Shown: positions 1 to 10,303 of the stretch, one piece after another
Layout: each line of letters starts with the position of its first letter
Numbering within the stretch: the stretch's first letter is position 1
Assembly (NCBI GenBank): GCA_017549265.1
Contig: JAFYVF010000035.1
Coordinates: 1-41,312, forward strand
Direction: 5' to 3'
Source of the DNA: Clostridia bacterium
GTDB lineage: Bacteria > Bacillota > Clostridia > UMGS1840
Length of the DNA stretch: 41,312 nt
Made by a program: the position numbers and the translations under genes
Notes under the pieces: generated by a model
The model's input: only the letters and a program-made list of their open reading frames with translations
Database searches by the model: none
What the model was told of the DNA's origin: nothing

Positions 1-293
1 CCAAAACCGTGACCAAAATGCTTTTGGATCCGTTTTTTAAACTGGCAAAAGAAAAAGGTATCAAAAACGTTTGTATGGCAGGCGGTGTGAGTGCCAATTC
101 TTTCCTTCGAAAAGAATTTTTTGCCCGTGGAGAAAAACTGGGCTTAAAAACCGTTTGTCCCCATATTTCCTTATGTGGTGATAATGCCGCTATGATTGGC
201 AGTTTTGCTTATTTTAAATACGAAAAAGAACTGTTTTCCGACAGTACCTTAAATGCCATTCCCTACATCAGCATTGAGGAGGAATACCGATGA
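1..293 (+). CDS. tsaD: tRNA N6-adenosine threonylcarbamoyltransferase TsaD (Gcp/Kae1 family), C-terminal fragment running off the window start
   Basis: The frame is open to position 1. The C-terminal motifs MAGGVSANSFLRKEF and CGDNAAMIG are typical of TsaD. The TGA stop (291-293) overlaps the next ATG (ATGA coupling). Confidence 0.85.
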   Translation, partial: KTVTKMLLDPFFKLAKEKGIKNVCMAGGVSANSFLRKEFFARGEKLGLKTVCPHISLCGDNAAMIGSFAYFKYEKELFSDSTLNAIPYISIEEEYR

Positions 294-1546
294 TCAAAAC
301 AAAGGAATCTATCAAAAAGATTCAGAAAAATGCAGATATTTTTATCTTACCTGCGGATAAATTTAAAACCTTTTCCGTAACTTTCAACTTTTTCACCGAG
401 CTTACCGAAGATAGCGTTACCAAAAATGCGCTGTTTCCCTTTCTTTTGAAGCTGGGCAGCAAAAACTATCCCGATATGCTGTCAGTAAACAAGCGTTTGC
501 AGGAATTATACGGTGGCGTGTTTGAATGCCGTGTGGCAAAGCGTGGCGATATGCATATGTTAAGCTTCGTGTTTGAATTTTTGCGTCCCGAATATTCCGA
601 TGGCGAACAACTGGAAAACTCGTTGGCATTTATGAAAGAAATGCTCACCAATCCGTTGGTGAAAGACGGCGGATTCTGCGAAGAATTTGTGAACCGTGAA
701 AAAGAAAACTTAACCGACTATATCAACGGCATCATCAACGATAAAAGAGAATATACCACCCTTCGTCTGGTGGAAGAAATGTTTGAGGGCGACAGTTATA
801 GTCTGTATGAATACGGCAAAGTGGCAGATTTGGCAAACATTTCCGCTAAGGATTTATACGACGCTTATTGTGACATTTTAAAAACAGCTCCCTTGATGAT
901 TTTCATTTCAGGTAATCTGGACGAAAACCGTTTTATGGACGCTTTTTCTGTGCTTTTGGAAGAGAAAAGAAAATCTCTTCCCCAAAATACCATTTATCAG
1001 AGAAATCTGTCTGTACCCAAAAAAGTGGAAGAAAATCAGGATTTGGTGCAGGGCAAATTTGCGTTGGGATTTTCCACCGGGATTGCTCCCGAAGAGGAAG
1101 ACTATTATGCCCTAAACCTGTTAAACAGCGTGTTCGGTTCCGGTCCTCATTCCAAGCTCTTTATGAATGTGCGTGAAAAGATGTCTCTTTGCTACTATGT
1201 GTATTCCCGCCTGAATCGGTTAAAAGGCACGATGCAGGTGGGCATCGGTACCGATAAAGAAAACTTCAAAAAGGCATATGACGCTATTTTAGAGCAGTTA
1301 AATCTGTGCAAAAAAGGCGAAATCACAGAGGAAGAAATTGCTTTCTCCAAAAAGTTTATTGTGGGCATTTTAAAACAAACAGCCGACAATCAGCATAATA
1401 TTGCCGATTTTTATATGACAGGTATTTTAGCGGGCAGAGTCCTTTCTCCCGAAGAATATATCGAAAAAATTGAAGCGCTCACCAAAGAAGATTTAGTAAG
1501 AGTGGCGCAGAATATCACTTTGCAGACTGAATATTATCTGTCTTAA
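290..1546 (+). CDS. M16 (pitrilysin/insulinase) family protein, probably the non-catalytic subunit because it lacks HxxEH
   Basis: 418-aa ORF with M16-type architecture. It is translationally coupled to tsaD and sits directly upstream of an HxxEH-bearing M16 paralog. The position where HxxEH normally occurs reads ALFPFLLKLGS, with no histidines. Confidence 0.7.
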   Translation: MIKTKESIKKIQKNADIFILPADKFKTFSVTFNFFTELTEDSVTKNALFPFLLKLGSKNYPDMLSVNKRLQELYGGVFECRVAKRGDMHMLSFVFEFLRPEYSDGEQLENSLAFMKEMLTNPLVKDGGFCEEFVNREKENLTDYINGIINDKREYTTLRLVEEMFEGDSYSLYEYGKVADLANISAKDLYDAYCDILKTAPLMIFISGNLDENRFMDAFSVLLEEKRKSLPQNTIYQRNLSVPKKVEENQDLVQGKFALGFSTGIAPEEEDYYALNLLNSVFGSGPHSKLFMNVREKMSLCYYVYSRLNRLKGTMQVGIGTDKENFKKAYDAILEQLNLCKKGEITEEEIAFSKKFIVGILKQTADNQHNIADFYMTGILAGRVLSPEEYIEKIEALTKEDLVRVAQNITLQTEYYLS

Positions 1547-1562
1547 GAAAGGAGGAATCAGC

Positions 1563-2846
1563 TTGCAGTTTCAAAAACATGTAGAAGAACGATTAGGAGA
1601 AACGCTGTATTTTGGTACTCACGAAAGCGGTCTGGACGTATTCGTGCTTCCCAAAAAAGGATTTTCTAAAAAATATGCGATTTATTCCGTAAAATACGGT
1701 TCCATTGATACCTCCTACACCGTAGGCGGGAAATTGGTGAATGACCCTATGGGGATTGCTCACTTTTTAGAGCATAAACTCTTTGAATTACCCGGTGGTG
1801 GAAATGCTTTTGATTTATTTTCCAAAACCGGAGGTAATGCCAATGCATTCACCTCTCACGATATGACAGGGTATCTGTTTTCCTGCAGTGACCATTTTAA
1901 TGAAAACTTAGACATTTTGCTGTCCTATGTGAATGACCCGTATTTCACCGTGGAAAATGTGGCAAAAGAGCAGGGAATTATCGCTCAGGAAATCAAAATG
2001 TATGATGATGACCCCGAATGGAGACTTTTTAATAATGCATTAGAGGCTCTTTATCACAATAATCCTGTGAGAAACGATATCGCGGGTACAGTGGAATCTA
2101 TTGCACAGATTGATAAAGATTTACTCTATCAGATTTATAACACCTTCTATCATCCCGAAAATATGGTGCTTTTTGTGGCAGGGGATGTGAATTTGGAGGA
2201 TGTTGCAAAGCTGGTGGACAAAAACGTGAAGAAAAGAGAAACACCTTTTTTGGTGGAGAGAACCTCTTATTCGGAACCGGAATGCGTTCATCAGAAAACA
2301 ATCCGAAAAGAGATGAGTGTTTCCAAACCCAGCTTTATTTTGGGGTTTAAAGAAAATCACGTGGGTCTTTTGGGAAAGGAACTGCTCAAAAAGACCATGG
2401 AAACAGGTCTGATTTTAAAAATGCTCTTTTCACAGTCTGCTCCGTTATACAACGAACTGTATCAGAAGGGTCTTATCAACGATACCTTTGGCTTTGACTG
2501 CTTAAACGGTGACCATTATTATGCAACCTTGTTAAACGGGGAAGCAAGCAATATTGACGCTACCTGCGAAGCCATCTTAAAAGGCATTGAAAAAGCGAAG
2601 CAGGAAGGCTTTTTAAAGGCAGATGTGGATCGCTATAAAAAGGCGTCACTGGGCAGACAAATTCGTGCATACGATTCTTTGGAATCGGTTGCCAACAACT
2701 TTTCTTCCAATTATTTTTACGGCATCGGTGCTTTTGATTTCTTGGAAATCTACCCCACTATCACAGAAGAAAGTTTGCTTTCCCGCATGAAAGAAATTTT
2801 CAGTGAACATTATGCTGTTTCCGAAATGCATCCTGTTTTAAAATAA
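1563..2846 (+). CDS. M16 family zinc metallopeptidase (active-site HxxEH present)
   Basis: 427-aa ORF with a TTG start preceded by AAGGAGGA. The HFLEH zinc-binding motif (GIAHFLEHKLFE) is characteristic of M16 peptidases. Confidence 0.8.
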   Translation: MQFQKHVEERLGETLYFGTHESGLDVFVLPKKGFSKKYAIYSVKYGSIDTSYTVGGKLVNDPMGIAHFLEHKLFELPGGGNAFDLFSKTGGNANAFTSHDMTGYLFSCSDHFNENLDILLSYVNDPYFTVENVAKEQGIIAQEIKMYDDDPEWRLFNNALEALYHNNPVRNDIAGTVESIAQIDKDLLYQIYNTFYHPENMVLFVAGDVNLEDVAKLVDKNVKKRETPFLVERTSYSEPECVHQKTIRKEMSVSKPSFILGFKENHVGLLGKELLKKTMETGLILKMLFSQSAPLYNELYQKGLINDTFGFDCLNGDHYYATLLNGEASNIDATCEAILKGIEKAKQEGFLKADVDRYKKASLGRQIRAYDSLESVANNFSSNYFYGIGAFDFLEIYPTITEESLLSRMKEIFSEHYAVSEMHPVLK

Positions 2847-2874
2847 CATGCAATGATAAAGGAGTAAATATACT

Positions 2875-3753
2875 ATGAACACGGTAACGTTTCCAAATCT
2901 TGGATTATCATTTCAGGTGAATAAAATTGCATTTAGCATCGGAGCCATTCAAGTGCATTGGTATGCACTGATTATCTTAACCGGCGTGATTTTAGGGTTT
3001 TTATATGCGTCCATTTTTGCCAAACGGGAAAAATTAGATGTTGACTGTTTGTATGATGTGTTGCTTTGGGGACTTCCCACTGCATTGATTTTTGCAAGAT
3101 TATATTACGTGATTTTTAATTTTTCTGTTTTTCAGAACAATCTTGGATCTGTTTTTCACATCTGGGAGGGCGGTCTTGCCATTTACGGTGGAATCATCGG
3201 AGCGGCAATCTCCACCTACATATATGCCAGAGTGAAAAAAATCCCTGTTTTGCAGTTGTTTGATATGGGTGCCTTTGGCTTAATCGTAGGGCAGTCAGTG
3301 GGCAGATGGGGTAACTTTGTGAATGAGGAAGCCTACGGTTCGGTAACCAATTCTCTGTTTGCCATGACCAGTGACCAAATCCAAAGAGAAATGTCGTTAT
3401 TCGGTGCGAATGTGGCTGTGCACCCCACCTTCCTGTATGAATCGGTTTGGAACCTTGTGGGAGCAGTTCTTTTAGGATTGTTCCATAAACACAAAAAACA
3501 TCATGGACAGGTATTCTTCTTGTATCTTACCTGGTATGGTATCGGCAGATTCTTCATTGAAGGTCTTCGTATGGACAGTTTATACTGGGGGACTCTCCGC
3601 ATTTCTCAGGTAGTAGGACTGGTCACTGCGGTAATTGGTGTTGCAATGCTTGTGTATTTCTTCCGAAAACCCGCAACCTTTTCTTTGCAGACAGTTTGCA
3701 AGGACGCTGAAAAATTAACTGAAGAAACCAATCACAACGAATCTAATCAGTAA
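2875..3753 (+). CDS. lgt: Prolipoprotein diacylglyceryl transferase
   Basis: Polytopic 292-aa ORF with the Lgt signatures GGLAIYGGIIG and GRWGNFVNEEAYG. RBS AAGGAG lies upstream. Confidence 0.9.
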   Translation: MNTVTFPNLGLSFQVNKIAFSIGAIQVHWYALIILTGVILGFLYASIFAKREKLDVDCLYDVLLWGLPTALIFARLYYVIFNFSVFQNNLGSVFHIWEGGLAIYGGIIGAAISTYIYARVKKIPVLQLFDMGAFGLIVGQSVGRWGNFVNEEAYGSVTNSLFAMTSDQIQREMSLFGANVAVHPTFLYESVWNLVGAVLLGLFHKHKKHHGQVFFLYLTWYGIGRFFIEGLRMDSLYWGTLRISQVVGLVTAVIGVAMLVYFFRKPATFSLQTVCKDAEKLTEETNHNESNQ

Positions 3754-3772
3754 AAAGGAGATATCTTTCGAA

Positions 3773-4903
3773 ATGAAAATATCAGATAATGCACCATACG
3801 CTATCTGGATGAATCAAATGCTGGGATACGGAAATCAGTGCACGAAACAGTTGGTAATGCAATTTGGTTCTCCCAGAGCGGTGTTTGATTTAACTTCGGA
3901 TGAAATTGAGCATATTCAGTTTTTAAATAAAAAGCAAAAATCTATGCTTTACAATAAAAATTTGGAGTATGCATATTCCGTGATTGAAACCTGCAAGGAG
4001 AAACGGATTTCTGTGTACTGCTTTGGCGATGAAGATTATCCTGATTGTTTGTCGGTGATTTATGCACCGCCCATGGTTCTTTATGAAAAAGGGAAGCACT
4101 TTGATTATGATAAAATTCCTGCCTTTGCGGTAGTTGGTACCCGTTATTTAACCGAATACGGAAGACGCACTGCCTTTGATTTTGCAAAAGATCTGGCAAA
4201 AAGCGGACTTCTGGTAGTGAGCGGTATGGCAGACGGGTGCGATGCTCAGGCGCATTTGGGTGCTTTAAAAGCAGGAAAACCCACCGTGGCGGTATTGGGC
4301 ACAGGGGTGGATGTGATTTATCCGAAAGTGAATCGTGAGTTGTATGAATATATTGTGGATTATGGTGCAGTGTTAAGTGAGTATCCGCCCGGAACAAAGG
4401 CTACTCACTATGCATTCCCGCAAAGAAACCGTATCATCAGTGCTCTCACAATGGGCACACTGGTGGTAGAAGGGGATTTAGACAGCGGTTCTTTGTATAC
4501 GGCAGACCATGCCAACAACCAGGGAAAAGACGTGTTCGCCATTCCCAACAACATCTATGCGGAAAACAGTCGTGGAACCAATCAGTTGTTAAAAGAATTT
4601 GCATTGATGGCAATTTGCCCCTCCGATATTGTGGAGCGTTATGTGGATCGTTTCCCTGAGTATTTGTATCAGGAAGCGAAGAAACACACCGTTCCTCACG
4701 AAAAGTACTTAGAATTTCTTAAAAATCTTACCGATGACCAAAAGCTGGTTGTTGCAGAACTTTCCCACAAACCGAAATATATTGATGAAATTGTCAGAAA
4801 AACCGGTATGCCTGCAGGCAAAGTGAACGGTATTTTGACCATCTTAATGCTGAACGATATTGTCTATATGGTACCGGGCAATTCCTATGCATTGAAGCTT
4901 TAG
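3773..4903 (+). CDS. dprA: DNA-processing protein DprA (Smf)
   Basis: Rossmann-like core motifs SGMADGCDAQAH, VLGTGVDVIYP and FPQRNRIISAL. It keeps the conserved dprA-topA-trmFO order seen in Bacillus. Confidence 0.9.
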   Translation: MKISDNAPYAIWMNQMLGYGNQCTKQLVMQFGSPRAVFDLTSDEIEHIQFLNKKQKSMLYNKNLEYAYSVIETCKEKRISVYCFGDEDYPDCLSVIYAPPMVLYEKGKHFDYDKIPAFAVVGTRYLTEYGRRTAFDFAKDLAKSGLLVVSGMADGCDAQAHLGALKAGKPTVAVLGTGVDVIYPKVNRELYEYIVDYGAVLSEYPPGTKATHYAFPQRNRIISALTMGTLVVEGDLDSGSLYTADHANNQGKDVFAIPNNIYAENSRGTNQLLKEFALMAICPSDIVERYVDRFPEYLYQEAKKHTVPHEKYLEFLKNLTDDQKLVVAELSHKPKYIDEIVRKTGMPAGKVNGILTILMLNDIVYMVPGNSYALKL

Positions 4904-4926
4904 TAACAAAAAGGAGAATGAATCCA

Positions 4927-7122
4927 ATGGCACAGAACTTAATTATTGTAGAATCCCCTGCCAAGGCGAAAACCATTGAAAAATATCTTGGCAGTGAATA
5001 TGAGGTAATTGCCTCCATGGGGCATTTAAGAGATTTGCCCAAGAAAACCATGGGGGTGGATATTGAAAATAATTTTACTCCCAAATATCAGATTATGCCC
5101 GAACGTAAAGATTTGGTGAAAAAACTCAGTCAGCTTGCCAAAGAGGCAGACCGTGTTTATTTAGCGACTGACCCTGACCGTGAAGGGGAAGCAATCAGCT
5201 GGCATATTGCCACTTTATTAAATATCGACGAAAAAGACCCGTGCCGTGTAACCTTTAATGAAATTACCAAAACCGCTGTTACCGAAGCGATGAAAGCTCC
5301 TCGTGCCATTGATTTAGACTTGGTGGATGCTCAGCAGGCACGACGTGTTTTAGATAGAATTGTGGGTTACAAATTGAGCCCGTTCCTTTGGAAAAAAATC
5401 AGAAAAGGGTTATCCGCAGGTCGTGTGCAGTCTGTTACCGTTCGTATGATTTGTGACCGTGAGGATGAAATTAACCGTTTCGTCCCCGAAGAATACTGGA
5501 CTTTGGATGCTGAATTTTTAACAAAAGATAAGAAAAAACTGGTATCCCGTTTCTATGGAAAAAACGGCAAGAAATTTGACATTAAAAATGCCGAAGTGGC
5601 GTCCATGGTGGCAAATGAATTAAAATCCTCCGATATTACCGTAAAAAGCGTGAAGAAAACCGTGAAAAAGCGGCAGGCATTTCCGCCGTACAGCACCAGT
5701 ACCTTGCAGCAGGATGCATCCCGTAAACTGAATTTTACTTCCCGTAAAACCATGTCTGTGGCACAGACCCTGTACGAAGGGGTTGAAGTGGCAGGAAAAG
5801 GACTGCTTGGTTTAATCACCTATATGAGAACCGACAGCTTACGAGTGTCTCAGGATGCGATTGCAGCTGCAAAAGAATACACCATTGCCAACATCGGTAA
5901 AGAATATTATCCCGATAAACCCAATGTGTATAAGAAAAAAGGTGCCAACACTCAGGATGCCCACGAAGCAATCCGTCCCACCTACATCGATTTAGAACCC
6001 GACCAGATCAAAGGTTCTTTAACCAACGACCAGTACAAATTATATAAACTCATCTGGAACCGTTTCTTATCTTCTCAGCTAAAACCTGCGTTGTTTGACG
6101 TTATCACCGTGGAAGTGGAAGCAAATGGGGAAAGTGCGGTCTATAACTTCCGTTCTTCTGCACAAAATATGACCTTTGACGGTTGTATGAAATTCTATCT
6201 GTCCCCCGATGAGGAAGAAGACGACAAAGTAAAAATTCCCCCCGTGGCAGATGGCGACCCGTTAACCTTATCCAAATTAAAGGATAAACAGAATTTTACC
6301 ACTCCGCCTTCCCGTTATACTGAAGCAAGCTTGATTAAAGCGTTGGAAGAAAAGGGAATCGGACGTCCGTCTACCTATGCACCCACCATTTTCACCGTGT
6401 TAAGCCGTGAGTACATCGAAAAAGAAGGCAAAGCGTTAAAACCCACTTCTTTGGGTACATTAGTGACCGATGTGATGAAAAAAAGCTTTGCTAATATTGT
6501 AGACGAAAAATTTACTGCTACCATGGAAGAAGAACTGGACGGAATTGAATCCGGCAAATATTGGAAAGACGTGTTAGGTGCTTTTTACAAAGATTTCCAG
6601 AAAGAACTTTCCCAGGCAGATGAAACCGTGGAGAAAACCCCTGAGGTGACCGATGTGCTTTGTGATAAGTGCGGTGCCAATATGGTGATTAAAAGCGGTA
6701 AATTCGGAAAATTTTTGGCTTGTCCCAATTATCCTGACTGCAAAACAACCAAGCCTTTAATCAAGGAAATTGAAAATATTGCTTGTCCCAAATGCGGCAA
6801 TAAGCTTTTGGAAAGAAAATCCCGTACGGGCAAAATTTTCTATGGTTGCGAAAAATACCCCGAATGTGATTTTGCATCCTGGGATAAACCCACAGGCAAA
6901 ACCTGTGAAAAATGCGGTAGCTATATGATTGTGAAAAAATATCAGCGAGGCGGCAAGGAATACTGTTCCAATGAAGCTTGCGAACTGAGTGCACCTAAGC
7001 CGAAGGTTAAAACCGAAAAAGCAACCAAAACAACCAAAGCAACAAAAACTGCAAAAAAAACAACAACCAAAACAACAAAAACAACAAAAAAAACCGGTCA
7101 GAAAAAATCTGAAAAGGAATAA
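4927..7122 (+). CDS. topA: DNA topoisomerase I, with four C-terminal Cys4 zinc ribbons and a Lys/Thr-rich tail
   Basis: TOPRIM N-terminus NLIIVESPAKAKTIEKYLG, the catalytic-Tyr region GLITYMRTDS, and repeated CxxC...CxxC zinc ribbons. The ATG at 4927 has better spacing from AAGGAG than the in-frame ATG at 4918. Confidence 0.95.
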   Translation: MAQNLIIVESPAKAKTIEKYLGSEYEVIASMGHLRDLPKKTMGVDIENNFTPKYQIMPERKDLVKKLSQLAKEADRVYLATDPDREGEAISWHIATLLNIDEKDPCRVTFNEITKTAVTEAMKAPRAIDLDLVDAQQARRVLDRIVGYKLSPFLWKKIRKGLSAGRVQSVTVRMICDREDEINRFVPEEYWTLDAEFLTKDKKKLVSRFYGKNGKKFDIKNAEVASMVANELKSSDITVKSVKKTVKKRQAFPPYSTSTLQQDASRKLNFTSRKTMSVAQTLYEGVEVAGKGLLGLITYMRTDSLRVSQDAIAAAKEYTIANIGKEYYPDKPNVYKKKGANTQDAHEAIRPTYIDLEPDQIKGSLTNDQYKLYKLIWNRFLSSQLKPALFDVITVEVEANGESAVYNFRSSAQNMTFDGCMKFYLSPDEEEDDKVKIPPVADGDPLTLSKLKDKQNFTTPPSRYTEASLIKALEEKGIGRPSTYAPTIFTVLSREYIEKEGKALKPTSLGTLVTDVMKKSFANIVDEKFTATMEEELDGIESGKYWKDVLGAFYKDFQKELSQADETVEKTPEVTDVLCDKCGANMVIKSGKFGKFLACPNYPDCKTTKPLIKEIENIACPKCGNKLLERKSRTGKIFYGCEKYPECDFASWDKPTGKTCEKCGSYMIVKKYQRGGKEYCSNEACELSAPKPKVKTEKATKTTKATKTAKKTTTKTTKTTKKTGQKKSEKE

Positions 7123-7125
7123 ACT

Positions 7126-8457
7126 ATGAATCAAACCATTCATATTGTGGGCGGTGGCTTAGCAGGCGTGGAAGCAGCTTATGCCATTGCTAAGTTAGGC
7201 GGAAACGTGAAGCTTTACGAAATGAAGCCTCATAAAAAGTCACCTGCTCATCATAGCGACGATTTGGCAGAGCTTGTCTGCTCCAATTCGTTAAAGGGAA
7301 ACAGGATTTCCAATGCCTGCGGACTCTTAAAAGAAGAGCTTCGTATGCTTGGGTCTCTGTGTATGGAAAGCGCAGAATTATCCCGTGTTCCTGCAGGGGA
7401 TGCCTTGGCAGTGGATCGTGACAAATTTTCCCGTTATATTACCGATGTGATTAAAAATCATCCCAATATTGAGGTGATTTCCGAAGAAATTACCAAAATT
7501 CCCGATGGTGTTTGTATTTTAGCAACGGGACCGTTAACTTCAGAACCTTTAGCACAAGAAATTGCCAAACTTTTGGGCGAAGAAAGTTTGTACTTTTTTG
7601 ATGCTGCAGCGCCTGTTGTGGCAAAAGACAGTATTGATATGTCGGTTTGTTACAAAATGGCACGTTACGGGAAAGGGACTGACGATTATATCAACTGTCC
7701 TTTTACCAAAGAGCAGTATGACGCTTTTTATCAGGAACTGATGAATGCAAAATTAGCTCCTTTGCACTTGGAAGAAGAAAAGAAAATTAAAGTGTTTGAA
7801 GGATGCATGCCTATTGAAGTAATGGCAAAAAGAGGGGAGAAAACCTTGCTTTTTGGTCCGATGAAACCTGTGGGATTGCCTGACCCTGTAACAGGTAAGG
7901 AATATCACGCGGTGGTGCAGCTTCGTCAGGAAAATGCAGAAGATACCATGTATAATCTGGTGGGATTTCAGACCAATCTGACTTTTCCTGAGCAAAAAAG
8001 AGTGTTCTCTATGATTCCGGGATTAGAACATGCAGAATTTCTGCGCTATGGGGTGATGCACCGAAATACTTATATCAATGCTCCCAAAAATCTGTTACCC
8101 ACCAATCAGTTAAAACGGCATCCAAACCTGTTTTTGGCAGGACAGATGACCGGAGTGGAAGGGTATGTAGAATCTATGGCATCCGGCTTTTTGGCAGGAA
8201 TCAACGCCTTCTTATACATTCACGAAGAGGAGCCGATTGTGTTCCCGAAAGAAACGGCACTTGGCTCACTTTTGGCTTATATTACCGACGAAACCATCGG
8301 AAATTTCCAACCGATGAATATGAACTTCGGCATTTTACCGAAGTTAAACGAACGAATTAAATCCAAGCAGGAGCGATACGAAAAAATCGCTACCATCGCT
8401 TTGGAAAAAATGAAAGAATTTATCCAAGAAAACCATATCTTACAAGGGGATTTATAA
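7126..8457 (+). CDS. trmFO: Methylenetetrahydrofolate--tRNA-(uracil54-C5)-methyltransferase TrmFO (Gid)
   Basis: FAD-binding N-terminus IHIVGGGLAGVEAAY, plus LVCSNSLK and GFQTNL motifs. It is located after topA as in Bacillus. Confidence 0.93.
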   Translation: MNQTIHIVGGGLAGVEAAYAIAKLGGNVKLYEMKPHKKSPAHHSDDLAELVCSNSLKGNRISNACGLLKEELRMLGSLCMESAELSRVPAGDALAVDRDKFSRYITDVIKNHPNIEVISEEITKIPDGVCILATGPLTSEPLAQEIAKLLGEESLYFFDAAAPVVAKDSIDMSVCYKMARYGKGTDDYINCPFTKEQYDAFYQELMNAKLAPLHLEEEKKIKVFEGCMPIEVMAKRGEKTLLFGPMKPVGLPDPVTGKEYHAVVQLRQENAEDTMYNLVGFQTNLTFPEQKRVFSMIPGLEHAEFLRYGVMHRNTYINAPKNLLPTNQLKRHPNLFLAGQMTGVEGYVESMASGFLAGINAFLYIHEEEPIVFPKETALGSLLAYITDETIGNFQPMNMNFGILPKLNERIKSKQERYEKIATIALEKMKEFIQENHILQGDL

Positions 8458-10299
8458 ATGGCAACAGAAAACTTACAGAAACGTCTGGACGAAATTTTAT
8501 GCGAGGTGGAAAAACCTGCCCGCTACGCAGGTGGAGAATTTAACAGCGTGGTAAAAGATTGGGACAACACCGATTTGCATTTTACCTTCTGTTTTCCTGA
8601 TTTATATGAAATCGGGATGTCTCATCTTGGCATCAAAATTTTATATGATATCTTAAACCGTCGGGACGATATTTGGGCGGAACGCGCCTTTATGGTGGCG
8701 CAAGATATGGAAGACAAACTTCGCAAAAAGGAAATTTCGCTCTATTCTTTAGAAAGCAAAATGCCCTTAAAAGACCACGATATAATTGGGTTTACCTTAC
8801 AGTATGAACTTTCTTATTCCTCCATTTTATCTATGCTGTCTTTAGCTGAGATTCCGGTTCTAGCAAAGGATAGAGATGATACTTATCCCTTGGTTTGTGC
8901 AGGCGGTCCCTGTGCATTTAACCCCGAACCCTTAGCCGATTTTATTGATTTCTTTATGATTGGCGAAGGGGAAGATGTGATTGTAAAAGTGTCTGACATT
9001 GTGTTAAAAGGCAAGAAAAATGGCACATCCAAAGCAGACATTTTAAAAGAACTGTCCGAACTTCAGGGCGTTTATGTTCCTTCTTTGGTGGATGTTACCT
9101 ACAATGAAGATGGCACCGTGAAATCCATTTCCAAAACCGTGGAAAAAACAGTAATTGAGAATCTGTCCGACGCTATTTTTCCCACGAAATTGGTTGTTCC
9201 TTTTGTGGAAGCAGTGCACGATAGAATCACCTTAGAAGTGATGCGTGGATGTATGAGAGGTTGCCGGTTCTGTCAGGCGGGTTACATCTACCGTCCCAAA
9301 CGGGAAAAAGATGCGGACAAGTTATCTGAAATTGCTAAGCTTTCTTTTTGTAATACAGGTTACGAAGAAATTTCTCTTTCTTCTTTGTCCACCAGTGACT
9401 ATTTACAACTTAAGGATTTAAAAGGAAAACTCAACACCTTTACCAAAGAAAATATGATTAACTTGGCGCTCCCGTCTCTTCGTATTGACAATTTCCATGA
9501 AGAAGCGCTGGAAAGCTTATCTGAAGTGCGAAAAAGTTCTCTCACCTTTGCTCCCGAAGCGGGAACTCAGAGAATGAGAGACATTATCAATAAAAACATT
9601 TCTGAAGAAACCATTTTAAACACCATGCAGTTTGCCTACGAAAACGGTTGGTCTACCGTAAAACTCTATTTTATGATTGGTCTGCCTTTTGAAACGGATG
9701 AAGACGTTTTAGGCATCTGCGAGTTGGTGAAAAAAATTGAATCTATTTATTACAGTGTTCCCAAGGAAAAACGTGGCAAACGTTTCGGTATCACCGTGTC
9801 GGTTTCCACTTTTGTTCCCAAGCCCCACACCCCCTTTCAGTGGGCACCTCAGGATTCTTTTGAAACTATTTTGCATAAGCAGAATCTGCTTAAGGAAAAC
9901 TTGCGTTCCAAAAATATCCGCTTAAATTGGCACGATGCGGAAACTTCCGTGTTAGAGGCTGTGTTTGCCCGTGGTGACAGAAAATTAGGAAAGGTTATCT
10001 TAGAGGCACACAAGCTCGGTTGTAAGCTGGATGGCTGGAACGAATATTTTTCCTATGAAACCTGGCAAAAAGCATTTGAAAATGCGGGGATAGATATGAA
10101 ATTCTATAGCGAACGAGAACGCTCTTTGGACGAGGTTCTTCCCTGGGATGTTACCTTCTGTGGCGTGACCAAAGAATTTTTCAAACGGGAACTGTTAACC
10201 GCCAAAGAAGCACTTACCACCCCCAACTGTCAGGACAAGTGTGCAGGTTGCGGTGCCAACCGTTATCAATGTAACAGTGTCTGTCATAACAGAGGATAA
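8458..10299 (+). CDS. B12-binding-domain radical SAM protein (TIGR03960-like large uncharacterised radical SAM family)
   Basis: 613-aa ORF with the radical-SAM cluster motif CMRGCRFCQAGY (CxxxCxxC). The length and N-terminal domain resemble the TIGR03960 family as I recall it. A Cys-rich C-terminus (CQDKCAGCG...C..VC) is present. Confidence 0.75.
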   Translation: MATENLQKRLDEILCEVEKPARYAGGEFNSVVKDWDNTDLHFTFCFPDLYEIGMSHLGIKILYDILNRRDDIWAERAFMVAQDMEDKLRKKEISLYSLESKMPLKDHDIIGFTLQYELSYSSILSMLSLAEIPVLAKDRDDTYPLVCAGGPCAFNPEPLADFIDFFMIGEGEDVIVKVSDIVLKGKKNGTSKADILKELSELQGVYVPSLVDVTYNEDGTVKSISKTVEKTVIENLSDAIFPTKLVVPFVEAVHDRITLEVMRGCMRGCRFCQAGYIYRPKREKDADKLSEIAKLSFCNTGYEEISLSSLSTSDYLQLKDLKGKLNTFTKENMINLALPSLRIDNFHEEALESLSEVRKSSLTFAPEAGTQRMRDIINKNISEETILNTMQFAYENGWSTVKLYFMIGLPFETDEDVLGICELVKKIESIYYSVPKEKRGKRFGITVSVSTFVPKPHTPFQWAPQDSFETILHKQNLLKENLRSKNIRLNWHDAETSVLEAVFARGDRKLGKVILEAHKLGCKLDGWNEYFSYETWQKAFENAGIDMKFYSERERSLDEVLPWDVTFCGVTKEFFKRELLTAKEALTTPNCQDKCAGCGANRYQCNSVCHNRG

Positions 10300-10303
10300 T
10301 AAT

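Noticed and set aside
6757-7143. 128-aa Cys/Phe-rich antisense ORF under the topA 3' end.
   Set aside because: It is the mirror image of the Lys/Thr-rich low-complexity tail of TopA and has no RBS.
8458-10299. Possibility that this radical SAM enzyme is the missing SCIFF maturase.
   Set aside because: It is about 160 aa longer than ScfB-type enzymes and has an N-terminal B12-binding-type domain. It does not show the SPASM twin-cluster pattern I would expect, and it lies 25 kb from scfA. This needs an HMM search to settle formally.
10241-10303. Upstream extension of the alanine-racemase-like ORF (track start 10241), overlapping the end of the radical SAM gene.
   Set aside because: It has no RBS and its translation is junk-like. 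The ATG at 10304 has an AGAGGA Shine-Dalgarno and gives a typical MKKLII start right after the upstream stop.
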